A DNA stretch of 64,000 bases, from the NCBI GenBank assembly GCA_016217965.1, contig JACRFI010000009.1:3144-67143 (forward strand), in the 5' to 3' direction. Source of the stretch: Candidatus Kaiserbacteria bacterium (GTDB lineage Bacteria; Patescibacteriota; Minisyncoccia; Phycocordibacterales; UBA2100). The position numbers and the translations under genes are program-made. Below the pieces are notes generated by a model. The model saw nothing but the letters and a program-made list of their open reading frames with translations. It ran no database searches and had not been told where the DNA came from. This document shows positions 27,798 through 37,131 of this stretch, one piece after another (the first letter of the stretch is position 1; every line of letters begins with the position of its first letter).

Positions 27798-28595
27798 ATG
27801 CAAAAAAAACAAACTCTACAAAGCGCCATATTTCTAGGCCGAAAGGAGGGCGCGCTCGGCGCGCTCCAATATCTTTTACAGCAAAAGGTCGCGATCAAGA
27901 TGGTGGTGAATCCAGGGGGCACAGACCTATCACTCCGCTCTTTCGCGCAAAAGCACAAGATCCGATTCCTCACCGACGACAGGATGCTGTACCGCACGAT
28001 AGAAAGAAAAGATGCATCAATTCGCGCAGACCTCGTCATCTCATACTTGTACCCAAAAAAGATCCGCCGTCCGCTTATCGAACATGCAAAACTCGGCTGC
28101 ATTAACTTTCACCCCGCTCCTCTTCCCGAGTATAGGGGCCGCGCGGGCTACAACACCGCGATCCTAGAAAAAAAGAAACGATTCGGGGTAAGCGCCCACG
28201 TTATCGATTCGGAGACATTTGATAGCGGCCCCATCATAGAGGTTCTTCGCTTCCGCATTGACCCTTCACACGAAAGCGTTCTTTCTCTCGAAAGACTCAC
28301 TCAGAAAAAACTGCTCGAGCTGTTCAAGATCGTTATCGCACGTTATAAAAAAGGCGCAGCTATTAAAACGAAGCAAAATCGGGGCGGCCTCTACTTGACC
28401 GCAGAGGGCCTTGAATCCATGAAACGCATCCTGCCGTCAGATTCCGCAAAAGACATACACCGAAAGATCCGCGCATTTTTCTTCCCGCCATATCGCGGCG
28501 CGACCATTGAAATTAAAGGAGAGACATTTACACTGGTCGACGACGAGATGCTTTCCGAACTTGGGAAACTTCTCAAAACACAGCGACACGTATGA
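27798..28595 (+). CDS. Formyltransferase (Fmt/ArnA-N-terminal-like sugar N-formyltransferase)
   Basis: Formyl_trans_N fold with the HPAPLPEYRG motif; 266 aa. Sits where N-acetyltransferases sit in canonical Pse/Leg operons. A8 tract at codons 2-4. Confidence 0.75.
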   Translation: MQKKQTLQSAIFLGRKEGALGALQYLLQQKVAIKMVVNPGGTDLSLRSFAQKHKIRFLTDDRMLYRTIERKDASIRADLVISYLYPKKIRRPLIEHAKLGCINFHPAPLPEYRGRAGYNTAILEKKKRFGVSAHVIDSETFDSGPIIEVLRFRIDPSHESVLSLERLTQKKLLELFKIVIARYKKGAAIKTKQNRGGLYLTAEGLESMKRILPSDSAKDIHRKIRAFFFPPYRGATIEIKGETFTLVDDEMLSELGKLLKTQRHV

Positions 28596-29725
28596 AGATC
28601 TACCCTACGGCGCGGCCATATATTGGAGTACGTGAAGAAAGATATGTGCTTCAGGCACTTCGCTCCGGAGTTCTCAGCATTGGGCCGTTCATCGAAAGAT
28701 TCGAGAAAGCGTTCGCAAAACGCTACGGCGTAAAATATGCCTGCGCGGTTTCGAGCGGTACGGCAGCTCTCCACCTCGCGCTCCTTGCGGCAGGAATACG
28801 TGAAGGCGACGAAGTGATCACGTCCCCGTATTCATTCGTTGCCTCCGCAAACGCGATCCTCTACGTCGGCGCAAAGCCGATATTCGCCGATATAGATGCG
28901 CGAACCTACAACATCGATCCGCGCGATATCGAAAGGCGAATTACGAAAAAAACAAAAGCCATTATGCCGATCCACATTTTCGGCCAACCCGCAGACATGT
29001 CAGCTATTATGAGGATCGCAAAGAAGCATAAGCTCCTCGTCATCGAGGACGCGTGCGAATCACTGCTATCAGAATGGAAAGGAAAGAAGGTAGGAACGTT
29101 CGGAAAAGCCGGCACATTCGCATTTTATCCGAACAAACAAATGACGACCGGAGAGGGTGGCATGATCGTGACGAACGACGCGTCTATGGATGCGCTGTGC
29201 CGTAGTATGCGCAATCAGGGGCGTGGGGAGGATGCGGCTTGGCTTGACCACCCGCGCCTCGGATTCAACTACCGCATGGATGAACTCTCAGCTGCTGTGG
29301 GGTTAGCCCAAATAGAGAATATACACTTCCTTCTGAAGGAGCGCGCAAAGATTGCCGCGTGGTATACCGAATTCTTCAAGGCGCTTGCTGATGATATCGA
29401 CGTGCCGTATATTGCGCCGCACGCCTCGCATACCTGGTTTGTATACGTGCTTCGCCTCAAGAATGGAGGCATAGACCGCGATGCATTCATTCAGGACTTA
29501 GCCCGTAGGGGCGTGCGATGCCGGCCGTATTTGCCTTCGATCCACCTCTTTCAGTTCTATCGAAAGAGATTCGGTTTTGCAAAAGGCGACTTGCCTGTTT
29601 CAGAAGCAGTAAGCGCGGGGACATTTGCGATCCCCTTTTACATCGGGCTCAAAAAGAGCGATGTACGCAGCATCGTACGGACCATAGAGCAAACACTTGC
29701 GATCCATGAAAAAAAACACGTTTAA
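28592..29725 (+). CDS. DegT/DnrJ/EryC1/StrS-family PLP aminotransferase (PseC/LegC-like)
   Basis: SSGTAALHLAL; the PLP-binding Lys lies in the ...FYPNKQMTTGEGG... region. Confidence 0.9.
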   Translation: MKIYPTARPYIGVREERYVLQALRSGVLSIGPFIERFEKAFAKRYGVKYACAVSSGTAALHLALLAAGIREGDEVITSPYSFVASANAILYVGAKPIFADIDARTYNIDPRDIERRITKKTKAIMPIHIFGQPADMSAIMRIAKKHKLLVIEDACESLLSEWKGKKVGTFGKAGTFAFYPNKQMTTGEGGMIVTNDASMDALCRSMRNQGRGEDAAWLDHPRLGFNYRMDELSAAVGLAQIENIHFLLKERAKIAAWYTEFFKALADDIDVPYIAPHASHTWFVYVLRLKNGGIDRDAFIQDLARRGVRCRPYLPSIHLFQFYRKRFGFAKGDLPVSEAVSAGTFAIPFYIGLKKSDVRSIVRTIEQTLAIHEKKHV

Positions 29726-30662
29726 AAACAAAACAGTGGTGGTGACGGGAGGCACGGGAAGTGTCGGCAGTGAAATAGTGCGCCAACTTTTGAGGACAAA
29801 CGTCCGGCAGGTGCGCATCTTTAGCCGCGACGAGCACAAACAGCACGAGTTGAAACATGAGATAGGCGGCGACAAACGAGTTCGATTCCTCATCGGCGAC
29901 GTTCGAGACAAAGAACGAATGGACTTTGCATTCAAAGGCGTCGACATCTGCTTCCATGCTGCAGCCCTAAAACACCTGCCAATGTGCGAGTACAACCCGT
30001 TCGAAGCAGTAAAAACCAACATCATCGGTACGCAGAACGTGATAGAAGTTGCCATTCGCAATAATGTCGAGAAGGTACTGGCGATCTCCACCGATAAGGC
30101 AGCGGACCCGGCATCAGTCCTCGGCGCGTCAAAACTGATGATGGAGCGCCTCGTTACAGCCGCGAACGCCACAGTCGGAAAAACCCGCACGCGATTCGCG
30201 TCGGTGCGGTTCGGGAACGTCCTCAATTCCCGCGGCTCGGTCGTACCTATTTGGCATAAGCAACTTGAAGCGGGAAAGAATATCACCGTAACCGACCCGA
30301 GCGCCACGCGCTTTCTCATGGAAATATCGGATGCGGCTGGACTCGTATTCCAGGCACTCGACGTCATGCGTGGCGGAGAAATATTCGTGCTCAAGATGAA
30401 GCCGGCAGCACGCATCATTGATCTTGCAAAAGAGTTCTTGAAGAAGCATCCAAAAGGCGCCAAGAGAAAGATCGATATCATCGGCCTCCGCCCCGGCGAG
30501 AAACTGCACGAAGTCTTGATGACGGAAGATGAATCGGGACACGCCGTTGAGATCAAGGGGATGTTCGTCATTTTGCCGCAAAGCGCGGATCCCCACAGCA
30601 TGCCGAAACTAGACTACAAAAAAGCGAAACGCGCGCCCCGTGGCGCATATAAGTCTAACTAG
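29706..30662 (+). CDS. UDP-GlcNAc 4,6-dehydratase (PseB/FlaA1/CapD-type, Polysacc_synt_2)
   Basis: VVVTGGTGSVGSEIV, the FlaA1-like TDKAADP motif, and YGASKLMMER. An upstream in-frame TTG at 29697 is possible. Confidence 0.85.
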   Translation: MKKNTFKNKTVVVTGGTGSVGSEIVRQLLRTNVRQVRIFSRDEHKQHELKHEIGGDKRVRFLIGDVRDKERMDFAFKGVDICFHAAALKHLPMCEYNPFEAVKTNIIGTQNVIEVAIRNNVEKVLAISTDKAADPASVLGASKLMMERLVTAANATVGKTRTRFASVRFGNVLNSRGSVVPIWHKQLEAGKNITVTDPSATRFLMEISDAAGLVFQALDVMRGGEIFVLKMKPAARIIDLAKEFLKKHPKGAKRKIDIIGLRPGEKLHEVLMTEDESGHAVEIKGMFVILPQSADPHSMPKLDYKKAKRAPRGAYKSN

Positions 30663-31552
30663 AGCGCACTCCATTTTGAGGGATCAACAACCTCCTCGGG
30701 AACACTTACAAATTCCCTCTCAAGATCGTTCATCCATTGCTCCCCGTGGAGCGTATGGACAGATGCAAGGATCTCTCCGAGCTCTCGTAGGCTCTGCACG
30801 CCAAAGACAACATGTTGTATCCTCTCGCGGGAGAGCGCGTATTGAAATGCAGCCGAAAGTGGCGTGAGGCCAGCACTCTTTGCTATGTCATGAAATCGCT
30901 CGATGAAGGGGCGGGCAAGCGATACGCGTGCCGGAATTTTCTCTTTGTCCATGGCAAGTAACCCTTGAAGAAGCACGCTGCGTGCAAATACTCGCGCGTG
31001 AGTGATGGCTGCTTCTTTGAAAAAACCCGCCGTATCGAGCCTTCTATCGAGTGCGTTGTACGGGACCTGGATGTATTCAAGTCCTGCTCGTGCCGCATGA
31101 AGTGCATCCCTTACTTGATAGATCGAAACGCCGACATGCCGGGTAAGCTCTGCTCGCCGTACACTCTCAAGGGCTTCGATAGTGCCAGCGTCATACATGC
31201 TCTCTGGTGCGTGCAAAAGATATCCATCTAAGACTTCTATACGAAGCCGCTTGAGAGACGCTTCGAGCTCTGAACGGATCTGAGACGCAGCTGACGCAGC
31301 GCGCAATTTGGAAATGACAAACACTACATCCTTGAGGCGGCGGCTCTCGATCCACTCGCCGAGCACGCTCTCCGCCTCCCCATATGAGGCTGCCGTATCG
31401 AATGTGTTGATGCCGCCATCATATGCCGCATCCAAAATTAGAAACGCGTCCTCTTTTGTCGGCTGCGCATTGCCCGAAACCCCATACGGCATTCCAAGCT
31501 GCACCGTCCCAAGAACAAGCCGCGAGCGCTCCATTTTGGAACTATACCCCAT
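30659..31552 (-). CDS. Aldo/keto reductase family oxidoreductase
   Basis: AKR (beta/alpha)8 motifs. Its stop overlaps the converging pseB-like stop (CTAG). Confidence 0.7.
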   Translation of the reverse strand: MGYSSKMERSRLVLGTVQLGMPYGVSGNAQPTKEDAFLILDAAYDGGINTFDTAASYGEAESVLGEWIESRRLKDVVFVISKLRAASAASQIRSELEASLKRLRIEVLDGYLLHAPESMYDAGTIEALESVRRAELTRHVGVSIYQVRDALHAARAGLEYIQVPYNALDRRLDTAGFFKEAAITHARVFARSVLLQGLLAMDKEKIPARVSLARPFIERFHDIAKSAGLTPLSAAFQYALSRERIQHVVFGVQSLRELGEILASVHTLHGEQWMNDLEREFVSVPEEVVDPSKWSAL

Positions 31553-31592
31553 GAGATATGCGTGCGCTCCGTTGATGTGAGGTGATAACCAT

Positions 31593-32177
31593 CTATCTCA
31601 CAGGGTATGCTACAGGCCGCAGGATCCATTCGGTTGCATCCAAAATATCGGCAGCGACGTACGAGGGCTTAAAGTCCTCTTTCCATGTCTTCCATTCCTT
31701 GTCGCCATAGCCCGTTTTAACCAAAATTGTCGTGCATCCTACCGACACGCCGGCAGCGATGTCACTCACTTTGTCGCCCACGAGGGCGCAGCGCCTTAGG
31801 TCTAGATGCATGTCCTTTGCCGCCCTGTGCAAGAGCCCGGGTTTCGGTTTTCTGCAATCGCAGTCGACGAGGTATTCATTCTTGCCATGTTCCGGATGGT
31901 GCGGGCAATGGTAGTAGCGATCGATATGCGCGCCTTCTTTCTCTAGCTCTTTCGAGAGTGCTGTATGAAGAACGTGTATCTGTGATTCAGGATAGTAGCC
32001 TCGCGCCACGCCCGCCTGATTTGTAATGACAACAACAGGAATATGCCTCTCGTTCAACAAACGTACCGCGCGTACAACACCCGGTATGAGCACCAGATCT
32101 TTTGGATCGTGAAGATACTCGACTTCTTCATTGATGACGCCGTCTCGATCGAGAAAGACAACATCGATTGTATTCAT
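31593..32177 (-). CDS. gmhB: D,D-heptose 1,7-bisphosphate phosphatase (GmhB; HAD-like)
   Basis: FLDRDGVIN (DxDGT-type), CxHxxxxxC...CxCRKP zinc motif. Confidence 0.85.
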   Translation of the reverse strand: MNTIDVVFLDRDGVINEEVEYLHDPKDLVLIPGVVRAVRLLNERHIPVVVITNQAGVARGYYPESQIHVLHTALSKELEKEGAHIDRYYHCPHHPEHGKNEYLVDCDCRKPKPGLLHRAAKDMHLDLRRCALVGDKVSDIAAGVSVGCTTILVKTGYGDKEWKTWKEDFKPSYVAADILDATEWILRPVAYPVR

Positions 32178-32278
32178 ACCAATATTACGAAACTCGTCGA
32201 AGGCACACGTATTTTTGGCGGTATGAGCAACTCCTCCGTCAAAAATACGTGTGCCGAGAAAGAGTTTCGTAGTTCATA

Positions 32279-33559
32279 TTACTCCGCCCCTATCACTTCC
32301 ACCCGAGGCAGCGGCATGATGAATTTCCCGCCTGATTGCAAGAATTCTTTTTCCCGCTCCTTAAATTCCTCCAGGAAATGCCACGGTAAGAGGAGGAAAT
32401 AATCGGGCTTCTCCTTGCGTGCCTGCTCTTCGGAGATGATTGGAATATGGGAGCCGACGGTCTTCAGCCCCCATTTGTCCGGATTTCTCTCTGCGGCAGC
32501 CTTGATAGTAGGATAGCCCAAATTGCAGAACTGCAATGTGGTATTGCCTTTTGTTGATGCGCCATACACATACACTGTTTTCCCTTTCGCGACCTCACCT
32601 TTCACGAGAGAAACAAGCTGGTCCTTTAAAGACTCTGCGCGTGCGGCAAATTCATCGTAGATCTTTTTCTCGTACAGACCTAGGTTTTTTTCGTCGTCCC
32701 GCATCTTTTGCACACGCTCCTTAGCACCTGAGGCAAGTTGTATGCTCTTCCCTTTCCCTTTGTGCCGTGCGTATACGCGAAAACTGCCGCCGTTTATCTC
32801 ATTCAGTTCCGCATCGCATATTTCGAGGCCATTTTTCTCGAAAAGATATTCCAAGGGGCCAAGCGCATAGTACTCAAGGTGCTCGTGGCCGATATTGTCG
32901 TAATCAGTCTGCGTAAGCATCGACGGCAGATACATTTGCTGCACGATGAAAACTCCTTCGTCATCCAGGCACTCTTTAATATCTTTCATGAACGCATTCG
33001 GGTCTTCGAGATCATAGAACATCGCAATTGCAGTGATTGCTTTCGCCTTTTTCTCTCCAAATTCCTCTTTCCACGCTTTCGCATTGAAGTAATCGTTAAT
33101 GAGATGAATGCCAGGATCGTTGATATATTCCACGATATTCTTTGAAGGCTCGTAGGCAACTCGCTCCAACCCTTCGACTGCGTAGCTCTTCAAGAGCGTT
33201 CCGTCGTTAGCCCCGATATCGATCACATAGTCACCTGCCTTGAGGCCAGCAAGTCCTGTGGCTTTGCGCGCGATACCCTGAAGCTCTTCGGTCATCGTTC
33301 TGTTGACCCCGGACCGGTACCAATACTGTCTATAGAGCGCATCATGCGAGAGCGTGTGCTTCAGCTGCAATAGCCCGCACCCACCTTTCGATTTGTCGCA
33401 GAGGACAAGTTCGAGCGGATATTTCCCCCACTCTTTCTCGATCGCCTCATCCTTGATGAAATCAGAAACATACACTTCTCCGAGTGAGAGAATCGGGATC
33501 AAGGGCGATGTGCCGCACACGCGGCATGATTCTCGTACGGCAATGACTTCTTGTTTCAT
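32279..33559 (-). CDS. NDP-sugar C-methyltransferase, second paralog (Zn-ribbon + MT + C-methyltransferase C-terminal domain)
   Basis: CRVCG...CDKSKGGCGLLQL N-terminus; same architecture as 8139-9365. Confidence 0.7.
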   Translation of the reverse strand: MKQEVIAVRESCRVCGTSPLIPILSLGEVYVSDFIKDEAIEKEWGKYPLELVLCDKSKGGCGLLQLKHTLSHDALYRQYWYRSGVNRTMTEELQGIARKATGLAGLKAGDYVIDIGANDGTLLKSYAVEGLERVAYEPSKNIVEYINDPGIHLINDYFNAKAWKEEFGEKKAKAITAIAMFYDLEDPNAFMKDIKECLDDEGVFIVQQMYLPSMLTQTDYDNIGHEHLEYYALGPLEYLFEKNGLEICDAELNEINGGSFRVYARHKGKGKSIQLASGAKERVQKMRDDEKNLGLYEKKIYDEFAARAESLKDQLVSLVKGEVAKGKTVYVYGASTKGNTTLQFCNLGYPTIKAAAERNPDKWGLKTVGSHIPIISEEQARKEKPDYFLLLPWHFLEEFKEREKEFLQSGGKFIMPLPRVEVIGAE

Positions 33560-33562
33560 ACT

Positions 33563-34153
33563 CTATTTTCTTATGCCGGGCAGCGTGTCTAAATATTCGC
33601 ACCAGCCGTGATAAATAAGTTCGTGCATCTCTTGGATGCGCGCGGTTTCTTCCGAAGGAACCGCGACTACAAGATCTGCCGCGTCCGCGAGCGTCCCGCC
33701 CTTTGCTCCTGTGAGGACTATGGTAACGAGGCCTTTCTTGCGTGCCGCGCCCAAAGCGGCGAGCACATTCTTCGATCTCCCGCTGGTCGTGAGCGCGACG
33801 AGAATATCCCCCGTGGCGCCCAACGCGTCGACCTGACGAGCGAATACATCGTCAAAAGAATAATCATTTGCGATCGCCGTTAAGGCTCCAACAGGAAAAA
33901 GGAGCGATATCCCAGGAAGCGCCCTTCGATCGTCCTTGTATCTACATAGCAGTTCGCCGACGAAATGCTCTGCGTCGGCTGCGGATCCACCGTTCCCGCA
34001 CGCGAGTACCTTCTTGCCCTCTTTGAGCGCCGAAGCTAACATATCCGCGCCACGCGCTGCATGTTCGAGTATCGTGTCCGTCTTCAAAACCACGTCTTGG
34101 TGCCTCCTGAGAGCATCCTTTAATACATCTTCCGCTTTCATCGTCTGTATCAT
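33563..34153 (-). CDS. gmhA: Phosphoheptose isomerase (GmhA, SIS domain)
   Basis: Aligns to E. coli GmhA (KVLACGNGGSAADAEHF...TTSGRSKNV). Start set at the internal ATG (MIQTM). Confidence 0.85.
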   Translation of the reverse strand: MIQTMKAEDVLKDALRRHQDVVLKTDTILEHAARGADMLASALKEGKKVLACGNGGSAADAEHFVGELLCRYKDDRRALPGISLLFPVGALTAIANDYSFDDVFARQVDALGATGDILVALTTSGRSKNVLAALGAARKKGLVTIVLTGAKGGTLADAADLVVAVPSEETARIQEMHELIYHGWCEYLDTLPGIRK

Positions 34154-34154
34154 A

Positions 34155-35165
34155 TCAGGCTTCGAAGACTTCGTACTTTTCAGAGGGTCTAGTAAAAATG
34201 ATCTGGCTCCCCTTTGTTTCAAACCGAAAAGGAACGCATAGAAGCTCCTTGAGCGCCGTACGGACTGCACTTCTTTTTTCTCTAGGAACAAAGAAAAGCA
34301 TAAATCCGCCGCCGCCTGCGCCAAGTATCTTTCCGCCAATAGCCCCTGCTGCTCGGCCTCTCTCGTAGATCGAATCAAGGTGATCATTCGTCACTACAGA
34401 GGAAAGTCCGCGCTTCAGCATCCATCCTTCGTGGAGAAGTTCGCCGAAGTCAGTGAGCCTCCCGCGAGGCTCCAAGATGCGCTTCCCCTCATCTACCATT
34501 GCCTGCATTCTTCGCAGCTCTGCTGCTTTCTTAGGGATTGCTTTAATTTGTTTCCCTGCGATGTCTGAAGCACGACGGGAAAATCCGGTAAAAAAGAGAA
34601 GAAGATGGTCCTCAAGATCGTGAACGCGTTTCTTTGAGATATCGATGGGCGATACTTTTATTCCACCCTTCCCGCCAAAAGTTATCTTGTTGAGGCCCCC
34701 GAACGCTGCCGCCACTTGGTCCTGAGAGCCTACGTTCTCTTTGATGCGCTTCTGCTCTACATAGATGGCATCGTCGGCAAGCTTTTTCTTTGTAGTGTGC
34801 TCATCGCGGAGAGCTTGGAGCCCATGCAGAAGCCCTACAGTAAATGAAGAACTTGAGCCAAGTCCTGACATCGCAGGAAGATCGGCAGTATGCATGATTT
34901 CCACGCCGTCCTTAAAATGCAGAAACTTCAAGCTCTCTCGCACTGCTGGGTGCTCAATGTCGTCGTGTACTGTTGTATTTTCGTTTATCGCATATCGTAC
35001 CCTGTACCGATATTCAAAAAAAGGCGGAAAGTGGCGAAGTATAAGGTAACAGTACTTGTCGATAGATCCAGAGAGAACAGCTCCTCCATGGTTCTGGTAC
35101 CAGGCCGGGTAATCAGTCCCTCCTCCAAAAAAGGAAATACGAAACGGGGTACGCGTGATCACCAT
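34155..35165 (-). CDS. hddA: D-glycero-alpha-D-manno-heptose 7-phosphate kinase-like GHMP kinase (HddA family)
   Basis: MVITRTPFRISFFGGGTD N-terminus and the GHMP motif GLGSSSSF. Confidence 0.8.
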   Translation of the reverse strand: MVITRTPFRISFFGGGTDYPAWYQNHGGAVLSGSIDKYCYLILRHFPPFFEYRYRVRYAINENTTVHDDIEHPAVRESLKFLHFKDGVEIMHTADLPAMSGLGSSSSFTVGLLHGLQALRDEHTTKKKLADDAIYVEQKRIKENVGSQDQVAAAFGGLNKITFGGKGGIKVSPIDISKKRVHDLEDHLLLFFTGFSRRASDIAGKQIKAIPKKAAELRRMQAMVDEGKRILEPRGRLTDFGELLHEGWMLKRGLSSVVTNDHLDSIYERGRAAGAIGGKILGAGGGGFMLFFVPREKRSAVRTALKELLCVPFRFETKGSQIIFTRPSEKYEVFEA

Positions 35166-35168
35166 AGG

Positions 35169-36185
35169 TCAATCGCGCGTGAAGTGGTCACGCCAATAGT
35201 TGAGCGTATCTTCAATTGTCTTTGAGAAAGGAATGGTTGATTTCCAGCCGGTCGCCTTTTCAAATTTCTTGTTGGAAGGAATCTGGAGCGTAACGTCGGA
35301 CGGGCGCAGCCGGGCAGGATCAACTTGCACTTTGATGTTCTTAACCTTTGAGAGCGCAAGTAATTTTTTTACCATTTCGCCTATGGTCATCGTCTCGTTG
35401 CCTCCGATGTTATACACCTCGCCTGGTGGACACGTGTGCACCATTGTCCAATATGCCTCGACAGCGTTTCGCACGTCCATGAATGTCCGGATACTGTCCA
35501 GATTCCCGACTTTAAGGACCGGCTTCTGCTTGCCCGCTTCGATCGCTGCTACTTGCTTCGCGAAATTTGAGAGCGCGAACACTTCTCCGCGACGCGGACC
35601 AGTGTGTGTGAACATCCGCGTGCGGATCGTCTTTATCTTCCAGGATAACCAGTACTGCAGTCCTAACATATCCTCCGCAACCTTCGAGACTGCATAGGGA
35701 GAGGCAGGACGGAAAGAATTGTTTTCTGTAATGGGAACCTCGTCCTTCCGCACTTGGCCGTACACTTCGGAAGAAGAGCAAATATGGATTGTGGGATCGT
35801 ACCAAGTCTCAGCTTTTAATGCCCGCACTGCCTCAAGGAGTGTTGCGGTGCCGATGACATTTGTTTGGAGTGTTGCAAGAGGCGCAGCAAAGCTAAAGTC
35901 CACATATGATTGTGCCGCGAGATGAAAAATAAATTCCGGCCTATGTTTTGCGAGCACTGCATGAACTGACGGAAAATCGGTAAGGTCCCCGTACTCGATG
36001 GTGACTTTATCGAGGATATGTTTGATGTTGTCCTTGGGCGATCTCCAACGCGCAAAACCTACAATGGTATATTCCGGCGCCTTCGCGAGAATATAGTCCG
36101 CTAAATGGCTGCCCACAAATCCTGTGAGCCCTGTTATCACGACCGTACGCTTCTTGCTACCTGCCTTTTTACGCATCGCCCACAC
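35169..36185 (-). CDS. GDP-mannose 4,6-dehydratase family enzyme (Gmd/DmhA-like; likely GDP-heptose 4,6-dehydratase)
   Basis: ITGLTGFVGSHL and PRRGEVFALSNFAKQ...GNLDSIRTFMDV match conserved Gmd blocks. Confidence 0.7.
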   Translation of the reverse strand: MWAMRKKAGSKKRTVVITGLTGFVGSHLADYILAKAPEYTIVGFARWRSPKDNIKHILDKVTIEYGDLTDFPSVHAVLAKHRPEFIFHLAAQSYVDFSFAAPLATLQTNVIGTATLLEAVRALKAETWYDPTIHICSSSEVYGQVRKDEVPITENNSFRPASPYAVSKVAEDMLGLQYWLSWKIKTIRTRMFTHTGPRRGEVFALSNFAKQVAAIEAGKQKPVLKVGNLDSIRTFMDVRNAVEAYWTMVHTCPPGEVYNIGGNETMTIGEMVKKLLALSKVKNIKVQVDPARLRPSDVTLQIPSNKKFEKATGWKSTIPFSKTIEDTLNYWRDHFTRD

Positions 36186-36209
36186 TATACATACGATGGC
36201 ATGTTCTGT

Positions 36210-37121
36210 CTAAACATGCCTTTCGTGCCACGCAATCGTCGCGCGAAGGCCTGTTTCGAGATCAACAAGCGGAGTCCATCCAAGTTCCTTTTTTGCGCGG
36301 CGTATGTCCGCAACGACCCTATCAGGCCGCTCTGCAACACTTTCAAATTGCATCACCCCCTCATACCCAATGATCTTACCGATAAGAAGCGCAAGGTCAC
36401 GGATGGAGACTTCAATCCCTGAGGCTATATTAAGCGGCGTATCGGAATCGTAGCTCTCAGCTGCAGCAAGGATAGCCCTTGCCGCGTCTTCAACGAAGAG
36501 AAAATCTCGCGTTGACGCACCCCCTTGTTCGAGGAGTTGCGGCTTGTCCTCACGTTTTGCGGCTGCGATTTTCTTTATGAGTTTGGGGATCACGAAATCA
36601 TCCCTCTCTCCTGGGCCATACATGCTTGCAAGGAGTAGATGTGCGCTCTCTAATCCCTGCGCGCGTTGCTTTTTCGCTTCGAGAAGGATTTCCCGTTTCG
36701 CGCGGGCATATGCCGCGTGCTGGGGCTTTGGGTCTCCGCTCCACAAAGAATCTTCAGAGAGGGGCAACGCAGCATCCATCCCGTACTCTGTAAGGCTCCC
36801 TGCCATAACAAACTTCTCGGCTCCGCTTTCCCGCGCAGCACCGAGCATATTCATTCCCATCAGAAAATTGTCTTCATAGATGCGATTGGCGTTATCGCGA
36901 TGAAAAAGAATGCCACCTGTAATGCCGGCAAGATGAATAATGATGTGCGCTCCGCGAACCGCTTCCCTCGCTGCTTCTTTTGTCCGCAGGTCTCCTTTCT
37001 CACTCGAGTGCAATGCGATATTTTTTTCAGGAACGCCAATGGACTGCAAGCGCGCACATACGGCACGCCCTACAAATCCGCGTGCGCCTGTGAGGAGGAT
37101 TTTTTTATCACGCAGTTCCAT
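36210..37121 (-). CDS. GDP-sugar 3,5-epimerase/4-reductase (GDP-L-fucose synthase Fcl/WcaG-like)
   Basis: LLTGARGFVG and Fcl-like architecture. Start at the internal ATG (MELRDKK). Confidence 0.65.
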   Translation of the reverse strand: MELRDKKILLTGARGFVGRAVCARLQSIGVPEKNIALHSSEKGDLRTKEAAREAVRGAHIIIHLAGITGGILFHRDNANRIYEDNFLMGMNMLGAARESGAEKFVMAGSLTEYGMDAALPLSEDSLWSGDPKPQHAAYARAKREILLEAKKQRAQGLESAHLLLASMYGPGERDDFVIPKLIKKIAAAKREDKPQLLEQGGASTRDFLFVEDAARAILAAAESYDSDTPLNIASGIEVSIRDLALLIGKIIGYEGVMQFESVAERPDRVVADIRRAKKELGWTPLVDLETGLRATIAWHERHV

Positions 37122-37131
37122 GTCTTCTATG

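Noticed and set aside
30659-30662. Convergent genes (pseB-like + and aldo/keto reductase -) sharing overlapping stop codons within CTAG; similar tail-to-tail overlaps at 10803-10818 and 20285-20312.
   Set aside because: This is noted as genome compaction (no room for terminators) and not a feature in itself. It could reflect slightly mis-called 3' ends, but both frames are clean to the stops.
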